Assembly (NCBI GenBank): GCA_963665295.1 | Contig: OY762209.1 | Coordinates: 160,001 to 224,000 of the forward strand | Origin: Syntrophorhabdaceae bacterium | Lineage (GTDB): Bacteria > Desulfobacterota > Syntrophorhabdia > Syntrophorhabdales > Syntrophorhabdaceae | Direction of reading: 5' to 3' | DNA length: 64,000 nucleotides | Shown here: positions 47,139-56,605 of the stretch, piece by piece | Numbering within the stretch: position 1 is the first letter of the stretch | Layout: the number at the start of each line of letters is the position of its first letter | The notes under the pieces: generated by a model | Databases searched by the model: none | The model's input: the letters and a program-made list of their open reading frames with translations, nothing else | What the model was told of the DNA's origin: nothing | Position numbers and translations under genes: made by a program

Positions 47139-48464
47139 ATGGCTTTACCTGACGATATACTGATAGTCGGCCTCGGAAAGACAGGCATTGCCACGGCGAA
47201 ATTCCTCCATGCCATGGGCAGGAGGATTGCGGTCACCGACGCCAAAAACGAAGAGGCCCTCGCGCCCGCGCTGAAGGAGCTTGAAGGCATCCCCTTCAAA
47301 GGCTATTTCGGCGGCCATGGCAGGGACTCCCTCCTATCCTACCCCATGATCGTCATAAGCCCCGGCGTGGACAGCCGTCTGCCCTACCTGAAAGAAGCCC
47401 GGGAAAAGGGTGCCACCGTGATCGGGGAGATGGAACTTGCCGCCCGGTTCGTGGATGAGCCCATAATCGCGGTGACAGGCACAAACGGGAAGACCACCAC
47501 CACAACCCTCCTGGGCGAGATATTCGAAAAGGCATACCCCGGCGTGTTCGTGGGAGGCAACATCGGCAACCCCTTTATCAATTATGCGCGCGAAGGAAGG
47601 AAGGCGCCCTTCGTCATACTCGAAGTAAGCAGTTTCCAGCTCGAGACCATCGACACCTTCCGTCCCCGTACTGCGGTCCTCCTCAACATCACCGAGGACC
47701 ACCTCGACCGTTACGGGAGTTATCAGGAATATATAGACGCAAAATACAGGGTCTTCGAAAACCAGGGTCCCACGGATTACGCGGTACTCAGGAAGGGCCT
47801 CGAGGCTCCGGACAGTGTCCGGGCTGAGCGCCTCTACTTCTCCGTTGACGAGATCCTCGAGGAAGGGGCGTTCCTGAAGGACGGCGTCATGCACGTGAGG
47901 GTAAAAGGGCAGGAGTTCTCCTATGAGAGGTCCCTTTCCCGTCTCGTGGGCGTCCATAATACGGAAAACCTCCTTGTTGCCCTCCTCGTCGCCCATATCC
48001 ACGATATCGGCCGGGACGTCGTAGAGGAGGCAATAGCGGGCTTCAGAGGCCTGGCGCACAGGGTCGAGCCCGTGGGAGAGTTCCGGGGCATGATCTTCTA
48101 CAATGACTCGAAGGCCACGAACGTGGACGCCACGAAAAGGGCCCTCGAAAGCATGGACTCCAAGGTAGTCCTCATCGCAGGAGGAAAAGACAAGGGCGGC
48201 AGTTACAAGGTTATTGCGGACCTCCTGGGAAAGGTCAGGGCCATAGTCCTCTTCGGCGAGGCAAAAGAGAAGATTGCGGGAGAGCTTGCGGGGCTTTCCA
48301 CAATATATATGGAAAAGGACCTGCCCGGGGCTGTTGACAGGGCGATAGGGATCGCGCAAAAGGGCGATGCCGTCCTCTTTTCACCCATGTGCAGCAGTTT
48401 CGACATGTTCCGGGATTACAAGGAACGAGGCAACGCCTTCAGGAGGATAGTGGAATCGTTATGA
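47139..48464 (+). CDS. murD: MurD ligase
   Basis: GLGKTG, GTNGKTT, EVSSFQL, DHLDRY, NDSKATN, CSSFD. Confidence 0.97.
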   Translation: MALPDDILIVGLGKTGIATAKFLHAMGRRIAVTDAKNEEALAPALKELEGIPFKGYFGGHGRDSLLSYPMIVISPGVDSRLPYLKEAREKGATVIGEMELAARFVDEPIIAVTGTNGKTTTTTLLGEIFEKAYPGVFVGGNIGNPFINYAREGRKAPFVILEVSSFQLETIDTFRPRTAVLLNITEDHLDRYGSYQEYIDAKYRVFENQGPTDYAVLRKGLEAPDSVRAERLYFSVDEILEEGAFLKDGVMHVRVKGQEFSYERSLSRLVGVHNTENLLVALLVAHIHDIGRDVVEEAIAGFRGLAHRVEPVGEFRGMIFYNDSKATNVDATKRALESMDSKVVLIAGGKDKGGSYKVIADLLGKVRAIVLFGEAKEKIAGELAGLSTIYMEKDLPGAVDRAIGIAQKGDAVLFSPMCSSFDMFRDYKERGNAFRRIVESL

Positions 48465-49246
48465 AAAAGGCCGCTCTCTACGTACTTGCCGCCCTTCTTC
48501 TTTACGGTCTCTTCCGAGAATTCACCCTCGTGAAGGTCCTTCTCATGGCAGGGGGACTCGCCTCGGCATACCTCATCTGCCGCCTGCCGGGACGCTACAT
48601 CCTCGCCGCGAAGTACCCCCTCATACTTCTCTCCCTTCTTGCCACTGCGGCGTTCTTCTTTTATCCGCCGATCCATACGAAACTCCCCATGGAGCCTATC
48701 GTCATATTCCTTTCTTTCTACGGCACCGCCTTCTACCTGATCTCTCTCGGAGAAAACGGCAAGGGTCTCTACAAGGAAGCCATCGCCCTTTCGACCCTCT
48801 TCCTTTCCTCCTGCTTCAACCTCTTTCTCATGGGGAAACCCCTTGTATTCCTCGCCATGGCCATGGCCATAATGCTCTTTCTCTTCATAGTGGGCAGGGT
48901 GCGCCTCATGGCCGTCATCGGGGTCTACACACTGGGCCTCATCGTCTACCTTGTCATGAAGAAGACCGGCCTTTCCGGCGCAGGACTCGCCATAGGCAAT
49001 ACAGACAAATGTCTCCTCCTTGCGGTGACTTTTGTCCTCCTCATGTTCAGCTTCACCGGATTCCTGAGGAAACCCGACTTCATGAAGATACTCGCCTTTT
49101 TCGGCTTCATCTACATTGCCGTCGATCTCCTTCTCGTCCTTGGATTCAAGCTTTCCGGAGGACTTCTCTACCAGCCCGTGATCCTGCTCCTCATCGTCGC
49201 TCCCCTCATGGGGATGATGCTTAAAGAGGAGGGCCGGAGGATATGA
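48461..49246 (+). CDS. Polytopic membrane protein in the ftsW slot, degenerate SEDS-like
   Basis: 261 aa, nearly all hydrophobic, overlapping murD and murG; lacks recognisable RW, QPSE and PYQ/GYQ SEDS motifs. Confidence 0.7.
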   Translation: MKKAALYVLAALLLYGLFREFTLVKVLLMAGGLASAYLICRLPGRYILAAKYPLILLSLLATAAFFFYPPIHTKLPMEPIVIFLSFYGTAFYLISLGENGKGLYKEAIALSTLFLSSCFNLFLMGKPLVFLAMAMAIMLFLFIVGRVRLMAVIGVYTLGLIVYLVMKKTGLSGAGLAIGNTDKCLLLAVTFVLLMFSFTGFLRKPDFMKILAFFGFIYIAVDLLLVLGFKLSGGLLYQPVILLLIVAPLMGMMLKEEGRRI

Positions 49247-50310
49247 AACTCTTCATCTCTGCGGGAGGAACGGGGGGCCATATATTTCCCGGCATCGCGG
49301 TGGCAGAGGCATTCACCGCCCGTGAGAAGGGAAATGAGGCGGTCTTTATCGGCACGCCCTATGGCCTCGAAAGCAAGATTGTGCCCCAGTACGGATACAG
49401 GGTCCTCTACATCAAGGCAAAACAGTTCCTCGGCCAGTCGGCGGTGAGAAAGGTCCTCACCCTCATGAGCGTGCTCACCGGCATAGGCGTTGCCGTCAGG
49501 TTCATCAGAAAGGAAAAACCCGATGCAGTCCTCGGCATGGGCGGCTTCACGTCGGTGCCCGTTGTCCTCGCTGCCCGCCTCCTCGGCGTGCCGGCCTTCG
49601 TTCACGAGCAAAACGTCCAGCCCGGCCTTGCGAACAAGCTCCTTTCCCGTTTCACCACGAGGACATTTATCAGCTTCGATGAAACAAAGGGCTATTTCCC
49701 GGGCAAGAGGGTCTCCCACACGGGGAATCCTTTAAGGAAGAGGCTCCGGGCTTCGCACTTCGAAAGAGACAAGGGAACCTTCGGGCTCTTCATCTTCGGG
49801 GGAAGCAGAGGGGCGCACAGCGTCAACGAATCCATGGTCGCCCTCCTTCCGCGCATGGAAAAGTACGGGAACATGATGGTCTACCATCAGACCGGGCCCC
49901 AGGATTTCGAGCGCGTCAAAGAAGCCTATGGAAAGAGCACGGTGAAACACGAGGTCTTCCCTTTTACTGATGAGATGGAGAAGTACTACGGCCTTTCCGA
50001 TGTGGTGATCTCAAGGGCAGGGGCAAGCACCATATTCGAGCTCGCCTTCTTCAAGAAGGCCGCAATCCTCATTCCCTACCCCTTTTCAGCAGGAGGCCAC
50101 CAGTGGAAGAACGCGACCTATGTGGAAAACATAGGGGGCGGATACGTTATAGGCGACGACGAAGCCACCGGCGACAGGCTTCATGACGTATTGAGCCATC
50201 TCATGCACGAACCGGAGTTGATCAGGGAGATGGGGGAAAACATAGGGAAGATTTACATGGAAGATTCAGCAGAACTGATTATCAGGGGGATATTAGATGG
50301 TATTTCATAA
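49243..50310 (+). CDS. murG: MurG glycosyltransferase
   Basis: GGTGGHIFP, HEQN, GNP, GGSRGA, RAGAST. Confidence 0.97.
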   Translation: MKLFISAGGTGGHIFPGIAVAEAFTAREKGNEAVFIGTPYGLESKIVPQYGYRVLYIKAKQFLGQSAVRKVLTLMSVLTGIGVAVRFIRKEKPDAVLGMGGFTSVPVVLAARLLGVPAFVHEQNVQPGLANKLLSRFTTRTFISFDETKGYFPGKRVSHTGNPLRKRLRASHFERDKGTFGLFIFGGSRGAHSVNESMVALLPRMEKYGNMMVYHQTGPQDFERVKEAYGKSTVKHEVFPFTDEMEKYYGLSDVVISRAGASTIFELAFFKKAAILIPYPFSAGGHQWKNATYVENIGGGYVIGDDEATGDRLHDVLSHLMHEPELIREMGENIGKIYMEDSAELIIRGILDGIS

Positions 50311-51673
50311 GATAGAAGCGATACATTTCGTGGGGATCGGCGGCATAGGCATGAGCGGCATCGCGGAGGTGCTCCTCAACCTCGGCTTCAAGGTCTCCGG
50401 TTCCGACCTCAGGAGGACGGACACTACGGAAAGACTGGAACAATTGGGAGCCCGCATATTCCTGGGCCATAAGGCGGAAAACGTACAGGATGTCGATGTG
50501 GTGGTCGTATCCTCGGCGGTAAGGCCCGACAATCCTGAGATAGTCAAGGCGAGGGAACTCTTCGTCCCCGTAATCCAGCGGGCGGAGATGCTTGCCGAAC
50601 TGATGAGAATGAAGTACAGCATCGCGGTGGCAGGGGCACACGGCAAAACCACTACCACGTCTCTTGTCTCGGCGGTCCTGGGCCACGCGGGCATAGACCC
50701 CACCTCGGTGATCGGCGGGAAGTTGAAAAGCCTGGGGAGCAACGCGAAACTCGGCGACAGCAAATACCTCGTGGCAGAGGCGGATGAGAGCGACGGGACA
50801 TTCCTCCTCCTCTTCCCCACCATTGCCGTGGTGACCAACATAGACATGGAGCACCTCGATTTCTACAAGGACATGAACGAGATCAAGGCGGCATTCCTCA
50901 CGTTCCTCAACAAGGTGCCTTTCTACGGACTCGATATTATCTGCATCGACAACGCAAATCTCCAGAGCCTCATCCCCTCCCTCAAAAGACGGTACATGAC
51001 CTACGGGCTCTCGAAGCAGGCGGACCTCCGGGCGGAAAACATCGTCTACAACGGCTTCGTAACCACCTTCAAGGTCATTTATAAGGAATACGGCCTCGGG
51101 GAGATCAGCATCTCCCTGCCGGGCGTCCACAACGTGAGAAACGTCCTCGCCGCATGCGGCGTCGCCATAGAACTCGATATCCCCTTCGACACGATCAGGG
51201 AGGCTCTCAAGAGTTTTTCGGGCATACAGAGGAGAATGGAAGTAAAGTGGGATGGCGATATCAAGTTGATAGACGATTACGGTCATCACCCCACGGAGAT
51301 AAAGGCTACCTTGAGCGCCGCGAGAAATATGTGGAAAAGCCGCGTGGTGGTAGTCTTCCAGCCCCACCGGTATACGAGGACAAAGGCCCTCATGGACGAG
51401 TTCGTCACTTCCTTTAACGAAGCGGACCTCCTTATTGTCACGGAGATCTACGCCGCTTCCGAAGAGAAGATAGAAGGCGTGTCCGGCCTCGTCCTTGCGG
51501 AAAGAATAAAGGCGAGCGGTCACAAGAACGTGATCTTCGCACCCACCAAGGAGGATGCGGCAGACCTCGTGCTGAAGCACGCGAAGGCGGGCGATGTGGT
51601 GATTACCCTCGGTGCGGGGGATGTAAACAAAATAGATGAGAGGCTCAAATCCGCGTGGACTGGAAAGGAATAA
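50297..51673 (+). CDS. murC: MurC ligase
   Basis: GIGGIGMSG, GAHGKTTTT, EADESDG, DDYGHHPTE, FQPHRYTRT. Confidence 0.98.
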   Translation: MVFHKIEAIHFVGIGGIGMSGIAEVLLNLGFKVSGSDLRRTDTTERLEQLGARIFLGHKAENVQDVDVVVVSSAVRPDNPEIVKARELFVPVIQRAEMLAELMRMKYSIAVAGAHGKTTTTSLVSAVLGHAGIDPTSVIGGKLKSLGSNAKLGDSKYLVAEADESDGTFLLLFPTIAVVTNIDMEHLDFYKDMNEIKAAFLTFLNKVPFYGLDIICIDNANLQSLIPSLKRRYMTYGLSKQADLRAENIVYNGFVTTFKVIYKEYGLGEISISLPGVHNVRNVLAACGVAIELDIPFDTIREALKSFSGIQRRMEVKWDGDIKLIDDYGHHPTEIKATLSAARNMWKSRVVVVFQPHRYTRTKALMDEFVTSFNEADLLIVTEIYAASEEKIEGVSGLVLAERIKASGHKNVIFAPTKEDAADLVLKHAKAGDVVITLGAGDVNKIDERLKSAWTGKE

Positions 51674-52551
51674 AAGGGGTGGTAATGACGGACATCCCCA
51701 TGAAGAGATATACCTCCATGAAGGTGGGGGGACCCGTGAAATTTCTCGTCTATCCTTCCGATGAGGGAGACCTGGTGAATATACTCCGAAGGCTCGACGA
51801 CCAGGGGACAAAGCGCCGGTTCATAGGGAACGGCACCAATGTGATCGTCCATGACAGGGGACTCGACGAGGCCCTTATACGGATCACGAAGATGAAACAT
51901 GCCCGGTGGCGGAAGGTCGATAAAGGCATGGTGGCGGAAGTCTCGGGCGGACTCTCTCTTGCGGGTTTTATCCGGGAGAACGCGAAGCGCGGGCTCTCGG
52001 GCCTCGAGAAACTTTTCGGCATACCCGGCACGGTGGGAGGCGCCATAAAGATGAATGCGGGAAGCTTCGGATGGACGATTTCCGGCCCCCTCGAAGAGGT
52101 CCGCATGGTTGACGGGCAGGGCAAAAGGTCAACCATCACGAAGAAGGACGGCGACTTCCAGTACAGAAAATCGCCTGTAAAGCCCTCGGACTGCGTGGTA
52201 AGCGCAACTTTTCGTCTCACCGGGAAAGACGGGGAAGACATCCTGCGGGATATGGACTATGTTTATGAGGAAAGAAAAAAGAGGCATCCCATGGAGTATC
52301 CTTCGTCGGGCTCCATTTTCAAGGGCGTGGACGGCGAGCCCGCCTGGAAGTTCATAGAAAAGGCCGGCTTGAAAGGGCTCAAGGTCGGCGACGCCTCGGT
52401 CTCGGAAAAACATGCGAATTTCATCATCAACCTCGGGTCGGCAACGGCCCGGGATATAAAGACACTGATAGAGAGGATCAAAAAAGAGGTGTACGACAAA
52501 TTAGGTGTTTCCCTCGAAGAAGAGGTGGAACTCTGGGGGTTCGATGCGTAG
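51655..52551 (+). CDS. murB: MurB reductase
   Basis: KVGGP, GIPGTVGGA..MNAG, SGSIFK, SEKHANF. Confidence 0.96.
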   Translation: MDWKGIKGVVMTDIPMKRYTSMKVGGPVKFLVYPSDEGDLVNILRRLDDQGTKRRFIGNGTNVIVHDRGLDEALIRITKMKHARWRKVDKGMVAEVSGGLSLAGFIRENAKRGLSGLEKLFGIPGTVGGAIKMNAGSFGWTISGPLEEVRMVDGQGKRSTITKKDGDFQYRKSPVKPSDCVVSATFRLTGKDGEDILRDMDYVYEERKKRHPMEYPSSGSIFKGVDGEPAWKFIEKAGLKGLKVGDASVSEKHANFIINLGSATARDIKTLIERIKKEVYDKLGVSLEEEVELWGFDA

Positions 52552-53455
52552 TGATGAGATGAAACAGAAAAACATAGCGGTCCTCCTGGGAGGCAGGTCC
52601 TCAGAGAGGGAAGTGTCGCTCCGAAGCGGCGAAGCGGTGCGTGGCGCCCTCATACGGAAGGGTTACCGCGCGGTGGCCATCGACCCCAAGGAAGACCTGA
52701 TCGACAAGTTGAAGGAAGAACGGATCGACGTGGCCGTTATCGTGCTTCACGGCAAATGGGGCGAAGACGGAACCGTGCAGGGCCTTTTGGAGATCATGGG
52801 CATCCCCTACACGGGCTCGGGCGTACTCGGGTCGTCCGCGGCCATGGACAAGGTAACCATGAAGCTTATCCTCACGGGTATGGGGCTCCCCACACCGGAC
52901 TATGCAGTGGCCATGTCCGGAGAAGAGACCGTGGCCTTTCCCGTACCCTTTGTGGTGAAGCCTGCGAACGAAGGCTCGACCATAGGGATCTCCGTCGTAA
53001 GGGCGGAGCAGGAAAAGAAGGATGCCCTGGAAACGGCGTTCCGGTACGACAGGAAGGTGCTTCTCGAAAAATTCGTGGAAGGGGCGGAAATAACGGTGGC
53101 CGTAGTGAACGGGGTGACGCTGCCTGTCATAGAGGTCCGGCCCGTGAACGGCTTTTACGATTTCAAGGCAAAATATACCAAGGGCATGACCCAGTACATT
53201 GTGCCCGCGCCCCTCGACGAGGCCACGGAAAAAGAGGCCCGCGACACGGCCCTCAAGGTTTACAGGGCCTTCGATCTCGCGGGATGCGCGAGGATCGACA
53301 TGCTCATCGAAAAGGGAGTGCCCATGGTGATAGACATAAACACATCGCCCGGCATGACGGAAACGTCCCTTGTGCCCAAGGCATGGGCACATCTCGGCAG
53401 GACATTTGACGACCTCGTGGAACAGATACTTCTGGGGGCTGCTCTGAAAATATGA
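52544..53455 (+). CDS. ddl: D-Ala-D-Ala ligase
   Basis: GGRSSEREVSL, LHGKWGEDG, KPANEGS, NTSPGMT. Confidence 0.96.
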   Translation: MRSDEMKQKNIAVLLGGRSSEREVSLRSGEAVRGALIRKGYRAVAIDPKEDLIDKLKEERIDVAVIVLHGKWGEDGTVQGLLEIMGIPYTGSGVLGSSAAMDKVTMKLILTGMGLPTPDYAVAMSGEETVAFPVPFVVKPANEGSTIGISVVRAEQEKKDALETAFRYDRKVLLEKFVEGAEITVAVVNGVTLPVIEVRPVNGFYDFKAKYTKGMTQYIVPAPLDEATEKEARDTALKVYRAFDLAGCARIDMLIEKGVPMVIDINTSPGMTETSLVPKAWAHLGRTFDDLVEQILLGAALKI

Positions 53456-54153
53456 AAAAGACCCTTTATTTCTTTTTCCTCATACCTGTGTGCGTCCTTT
53501 CGACCCTTACCCTCATCTATCTCTTCTCGAAGGACGAGCCCCTCTTTTTTTTGAAGAACATTCGAATAAACGGGGTGCAACAGTTGGCGGAAAAGGATAT
53601 AATGAACAAAGTATCTCCCTTCCTGAGGGAGAGCCTCCTCAAGATAGATGCGGTGAAGATGAAGGAAGCCCTTGTATCGCACCCCTTCGTGAAAGAGGTG
53701 AACATCAAGCGCGTGTTTCCTTTCTCCATCGTCATCGACGTGAAGGAGAAGAAACCCTCCGCCCTATGGGTAAATACAGAGGGGACCGTTACCGTCCTCG
53801 ATGAGACCGGCACGCCTTACCGCGGGCTCGCAAAGGGAGACGAAAAAGACATGTTCGTAATCAGCGCCCGCGACAAGGGCGATGCGAAGAGTGTCTACAA
53901 AGAAATAAACGGCTGGATTACGCAGGGAATAATCAAGAAAGATGTCCTTTCCGAGATATCCTACGACGAGGGGAGCATCACTATTTTCGGCTTCGACAAC
54001 GGGGTGGAGATCATCCTCGGGAAAGAAGACCAGGACAAGAGACTGAAAAGGGCGGTTGCGGTCTTCCAGGACGCAAAGAAAAGAGGACTCCTGATAAAGT
54101 GCATAGACGCACGGTTCGAGAAGGGCGCCATAATCCAGGAAAGGAAGGGTTGA
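53452..54153 (+). CDS. ftsQ: Cell division protein FtsQ/DivIB
   Basis: TM, POTRA (HPFVKEVNIKRVFP..VKE), C-terminal IDARF; position. Confidence 0.88.
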   Translation: MKKTLYFFFLIPVCVLSTLTLIYLFSKDEPLFFLKNIRINGVQQLAEKDIMNKVSPFLRESLLKIDAVKMKEALVSHPFVKEVNIKRVFPFSIVIDVKEKKPSALWVNTEGTVTVLDETGTPYRGLAKGDEKDMFVISARDKGDAKSVYKEINGWITQGIIKKDVLSEISYDEGSITIFGFDNGVEIILGKEDQDKRLKRAVAVFQDAKKRGLLIKCIDARFEKGAIIQERKG

Positions 54154-54154
54154 T

Positions 54155-55405
54155 ATGATGCGAGAGGACGGACTCCTTGTCGGCCTTGATGTAGGGACCA
54201 CAAAGATATGCGTCGTTGTGGCGAGGCTGGTGGAGGACAAGATCAACATCATAGGCATCGGGTCCTATCCTTCCACGGGATTGAGAAAAGGCGTGGTGGT
54301 CAATATGGACAGCACGGTGAACTCCATTAAGAAAGCCATCGAAGAGGCCGAACTCATGGCGGGCGTCAAGATAGATTCCTGCCTCGCAGGCATCGCGGGC
54401 CCCCACATAAAGAGCTTCAACAGCAACGGCGTGGTGGCGATCAAGGACAGGGAAGTGAGGACCGACGATATCACGAGGGCCATTGACGCGGCCAAGGCCG
54501 TTGCCATACCCGCGGACCGGGAACTGATCCACGTAATCCCCCAGGAATTTATCGTAGACGACCAGGACGGAATATGGGAACCCACCGGCATATCCGGGGT
54601 AAGGCTCGAAGTAAAGGTACATATCGTTACGGGAAGCGTCTCGTCGGCCCAGAATATCATGAAATGCTGCAAACTCGCGGGATTGGGCGTAAACGAGATC
54701 GTCCTCGCCCAGATCGCGTCCGCTGAAGCGACGCTCACGCCGGAAGAGAAGGAGATCGGCGTGGCCCTCGTGGATATCGGCGGCGGCACGAGCGACATTG
54801 CGGTCTTCTCCAACGGGAGCATCAAATACACGTCCGTTTTGCCCTTCGGAGGCAACAACATCACCAACGACATCGCCATCGGGCTCCGCACTCCCCTGGA
54901 GGAAGCGGAAAAGATAAAGAAGAAATACGGATGCGCCTATGCGAGCATGATCGGCGCAAACGAAACGATCGACGTACCGAGCGTGGGGGGCAGGAAACCG
55001 AGGACCCTCATGCGCAAAACCCTCGCGGACATTATAGAGCCGAGGGTGGAAGAAATCGCCTCCCTCATATATGAGGAAATACGAAAATCGGGCTCCGAGA
55101 AACTCCTCGCATCAGGCGTCGTCCTGACCGGGGGATGTGCGAACCTCGAAGGGATGCCCGAGTTTGTGGAAGGCATTTTTAACCTTCCCGCACGAAGGGG
55201 CTACCCTATAGGCGTGGGAGGTCTCGTGGACGTGGTGAACAACCCCATATATGCGACAGGGGTCGGCCTTCTCCTCCACGGTTACAAAAGCGGCAAAGGC
55301 AAAGCAAGGAAGCAGGGCTTCGACCAGGCCAGAGGCATTGCAAAGATGATTTCAGGCGGAAAATTACTCGACAGGATGAGAGATTGGTTTAAAGAAATTT
55401 TCTAG
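54155..55405 (+). CDS. ftsA: Cell division protein FtsA
   Basis: [32 protein letters not shown]-terminal amphipathic helix. Confidence 0.97.
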   Translation: MMREDGLLVGLDVGTTKICVVVARLVEDKINIIGIGSYPSTGLRKGVVVNMDSTVNSIKKAIEEAELMAGVKIDSCLAGIAGPHIKSFNSNGVVAIKDREVRTDDITRAIDAAKAVAIPADRELIHVIPQEFIVDDQDGIWEPTGISGVRLEVKVHIVTGSVSSAQNIMKCCKLAGLGVNEIVLAQIASAEATLTPEEKEIGVALVDIGGGTSDIAVFSNGSIKYTSVLPFGGNNITNDIAIGLRTPLEEAEKIKKKYGCAYASMIGANETIDVPSVGGRKPRTLMRKTLADIIEPRVEEIASLIYEEIRKSGSEKLLASGVVLTGGCANLEGMPEFVEGIFNLPARRGYPIGVGGLVDVVNNPIYATGVGLLLHGYKSGKGKARKQGFDQARGIAKMISGGKLLDRMRDWFKEIF

Positions 55406-55415
55406 GAGGTGCACG

Positions 55416-56579
55416 GTGAACAAAGTGTTTTACATGGATGAGGCTAACGGCTTTTCAGCAAAACTGAAAGTAATCGGCGTTGGCGGAGGGGGATGCAACG
55501 CGCTCAACAACATGGTGGAAGCGGGCGTGCAGGGCGTTGAATTCATCGCGGTCAACACGGATGTCAAATCACTCGCCATGTGCAAGGCTCCTGTCAAAAT
55601 TCAGATAGGACAGAAACTTACACGGGGACTTGGGGCGGGAGCTGATCCAGAGATCGGAAAGAAAGCGGCCCTTGAAGACGTCGATAAAATAAAGGATCAT
55701 CTCCAGGGCGCGGATATGGTCTTCATCACCTGCGGCCTGGGCGGCGGTACCGGCACCGGGGCGTCATCCGTTATTGCGGAAATATCCAAAGAACTCGGCG
55801 CACTCACCGTGGCCATCGCAACAAAGCCCTTTGCCTTCGAGGCAAGGGACAGAATGAAACAGGCCGAGCATGGCGTAACCCAGCTCAAGACCCGGGTTGA
55901 CTCCCTCATCACCATCCCGAACCAGAGGCTCCTCTCCATCGGCGGCAAACACATGACCATCATGGAGGCCTTCCTGAGGGCCGACGAGGTGCTCCTCAAC
56001 GCAGTGAGAAGTATATCGGACCTCATTGTCGGGTCAGGCCACGTGGTCGTCGATTTCGCGGATGTGAAGACCATCATGAGCGAAAGGGGCATGGCCATCA
56101 TGGGCGTCGGCATGGCCGCAGGGGAGAACCGGGCCAAGGAAGCGGCACAGAAAGCCATTTCGAGTCCCCTCCTCGAAGATATATCGATCCATGGCGCACG
56201 GGGCGTGCTCATAAACATCACCGGCAACTCCGATATGAAACTCCATGAGGTCCATGAAGCGTCAACCCTCATCCAGGAGCAGGCCCATGAAGACGCGAAG
56301 GTCATATGGGGCCTCGTATTCGACGACACCATGGACGACAACATAAGGATCACCGTCATTGCCACGGGTTTCGAGGAAACCGTCGAGAAGGGCGTGGAAG
56401 AAACGAGGATCGAGCCCTTAAAACGAGGCAGCAGGCTCTTCGATGAGGAAACGGTGCCCACCTTCATGAAGAAGAAAGTGGCCGTTGACTACAAGGAGAT
56501 AAAGGCGAAGAGTGAAAATATCGATATCGATGACGACAGGTACGATGTGCCGACCTTCCTCAGAAAGCAGGCGGACTGA
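55416..56579 (+). CDS. ftsZ: Cell division protein FtsZ
   Basis: [21 protein letters not shown]-terminal [11 protein letters not shown]. Confidence 0.98.
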   Translation: MNKVFYMDEANGFSAKLKVIGVGGGGCNALNNMVEAGVQGVEFIAVNTDVKSLAMCKAPVKIQIGQKLTRGLGAGADPEIGKKAALEDVDKIKDHLQGADMVFITCGLGGGTGTGASSVIAEISKELGALTVAIATKPFAFEARDRMKQAEHGVTQLKTRVDSLITIPNQRLLSIGGKHMTIMEAFLRADEVLLNAVRSISDLIVGSGHVVVDFADVKTIMSERGMAIMGVGMAAGENRAKEAAQKAISSPLLEDISIHGARGVLINITGNSDMKLHEVHEASTLIQEQAHEDAKVIWGLVFDDTMDDNIRITVIATGFEETVEKGVEETRIEPLKRGSRLFDEETVPTFMKKKVAVDYKEIKAKSENIDIDDDRYDVPTFLRKQAD

Positions 56580-56605
56580 GAAAAGGACGTTCAAGGGCGG
56601 CATAG

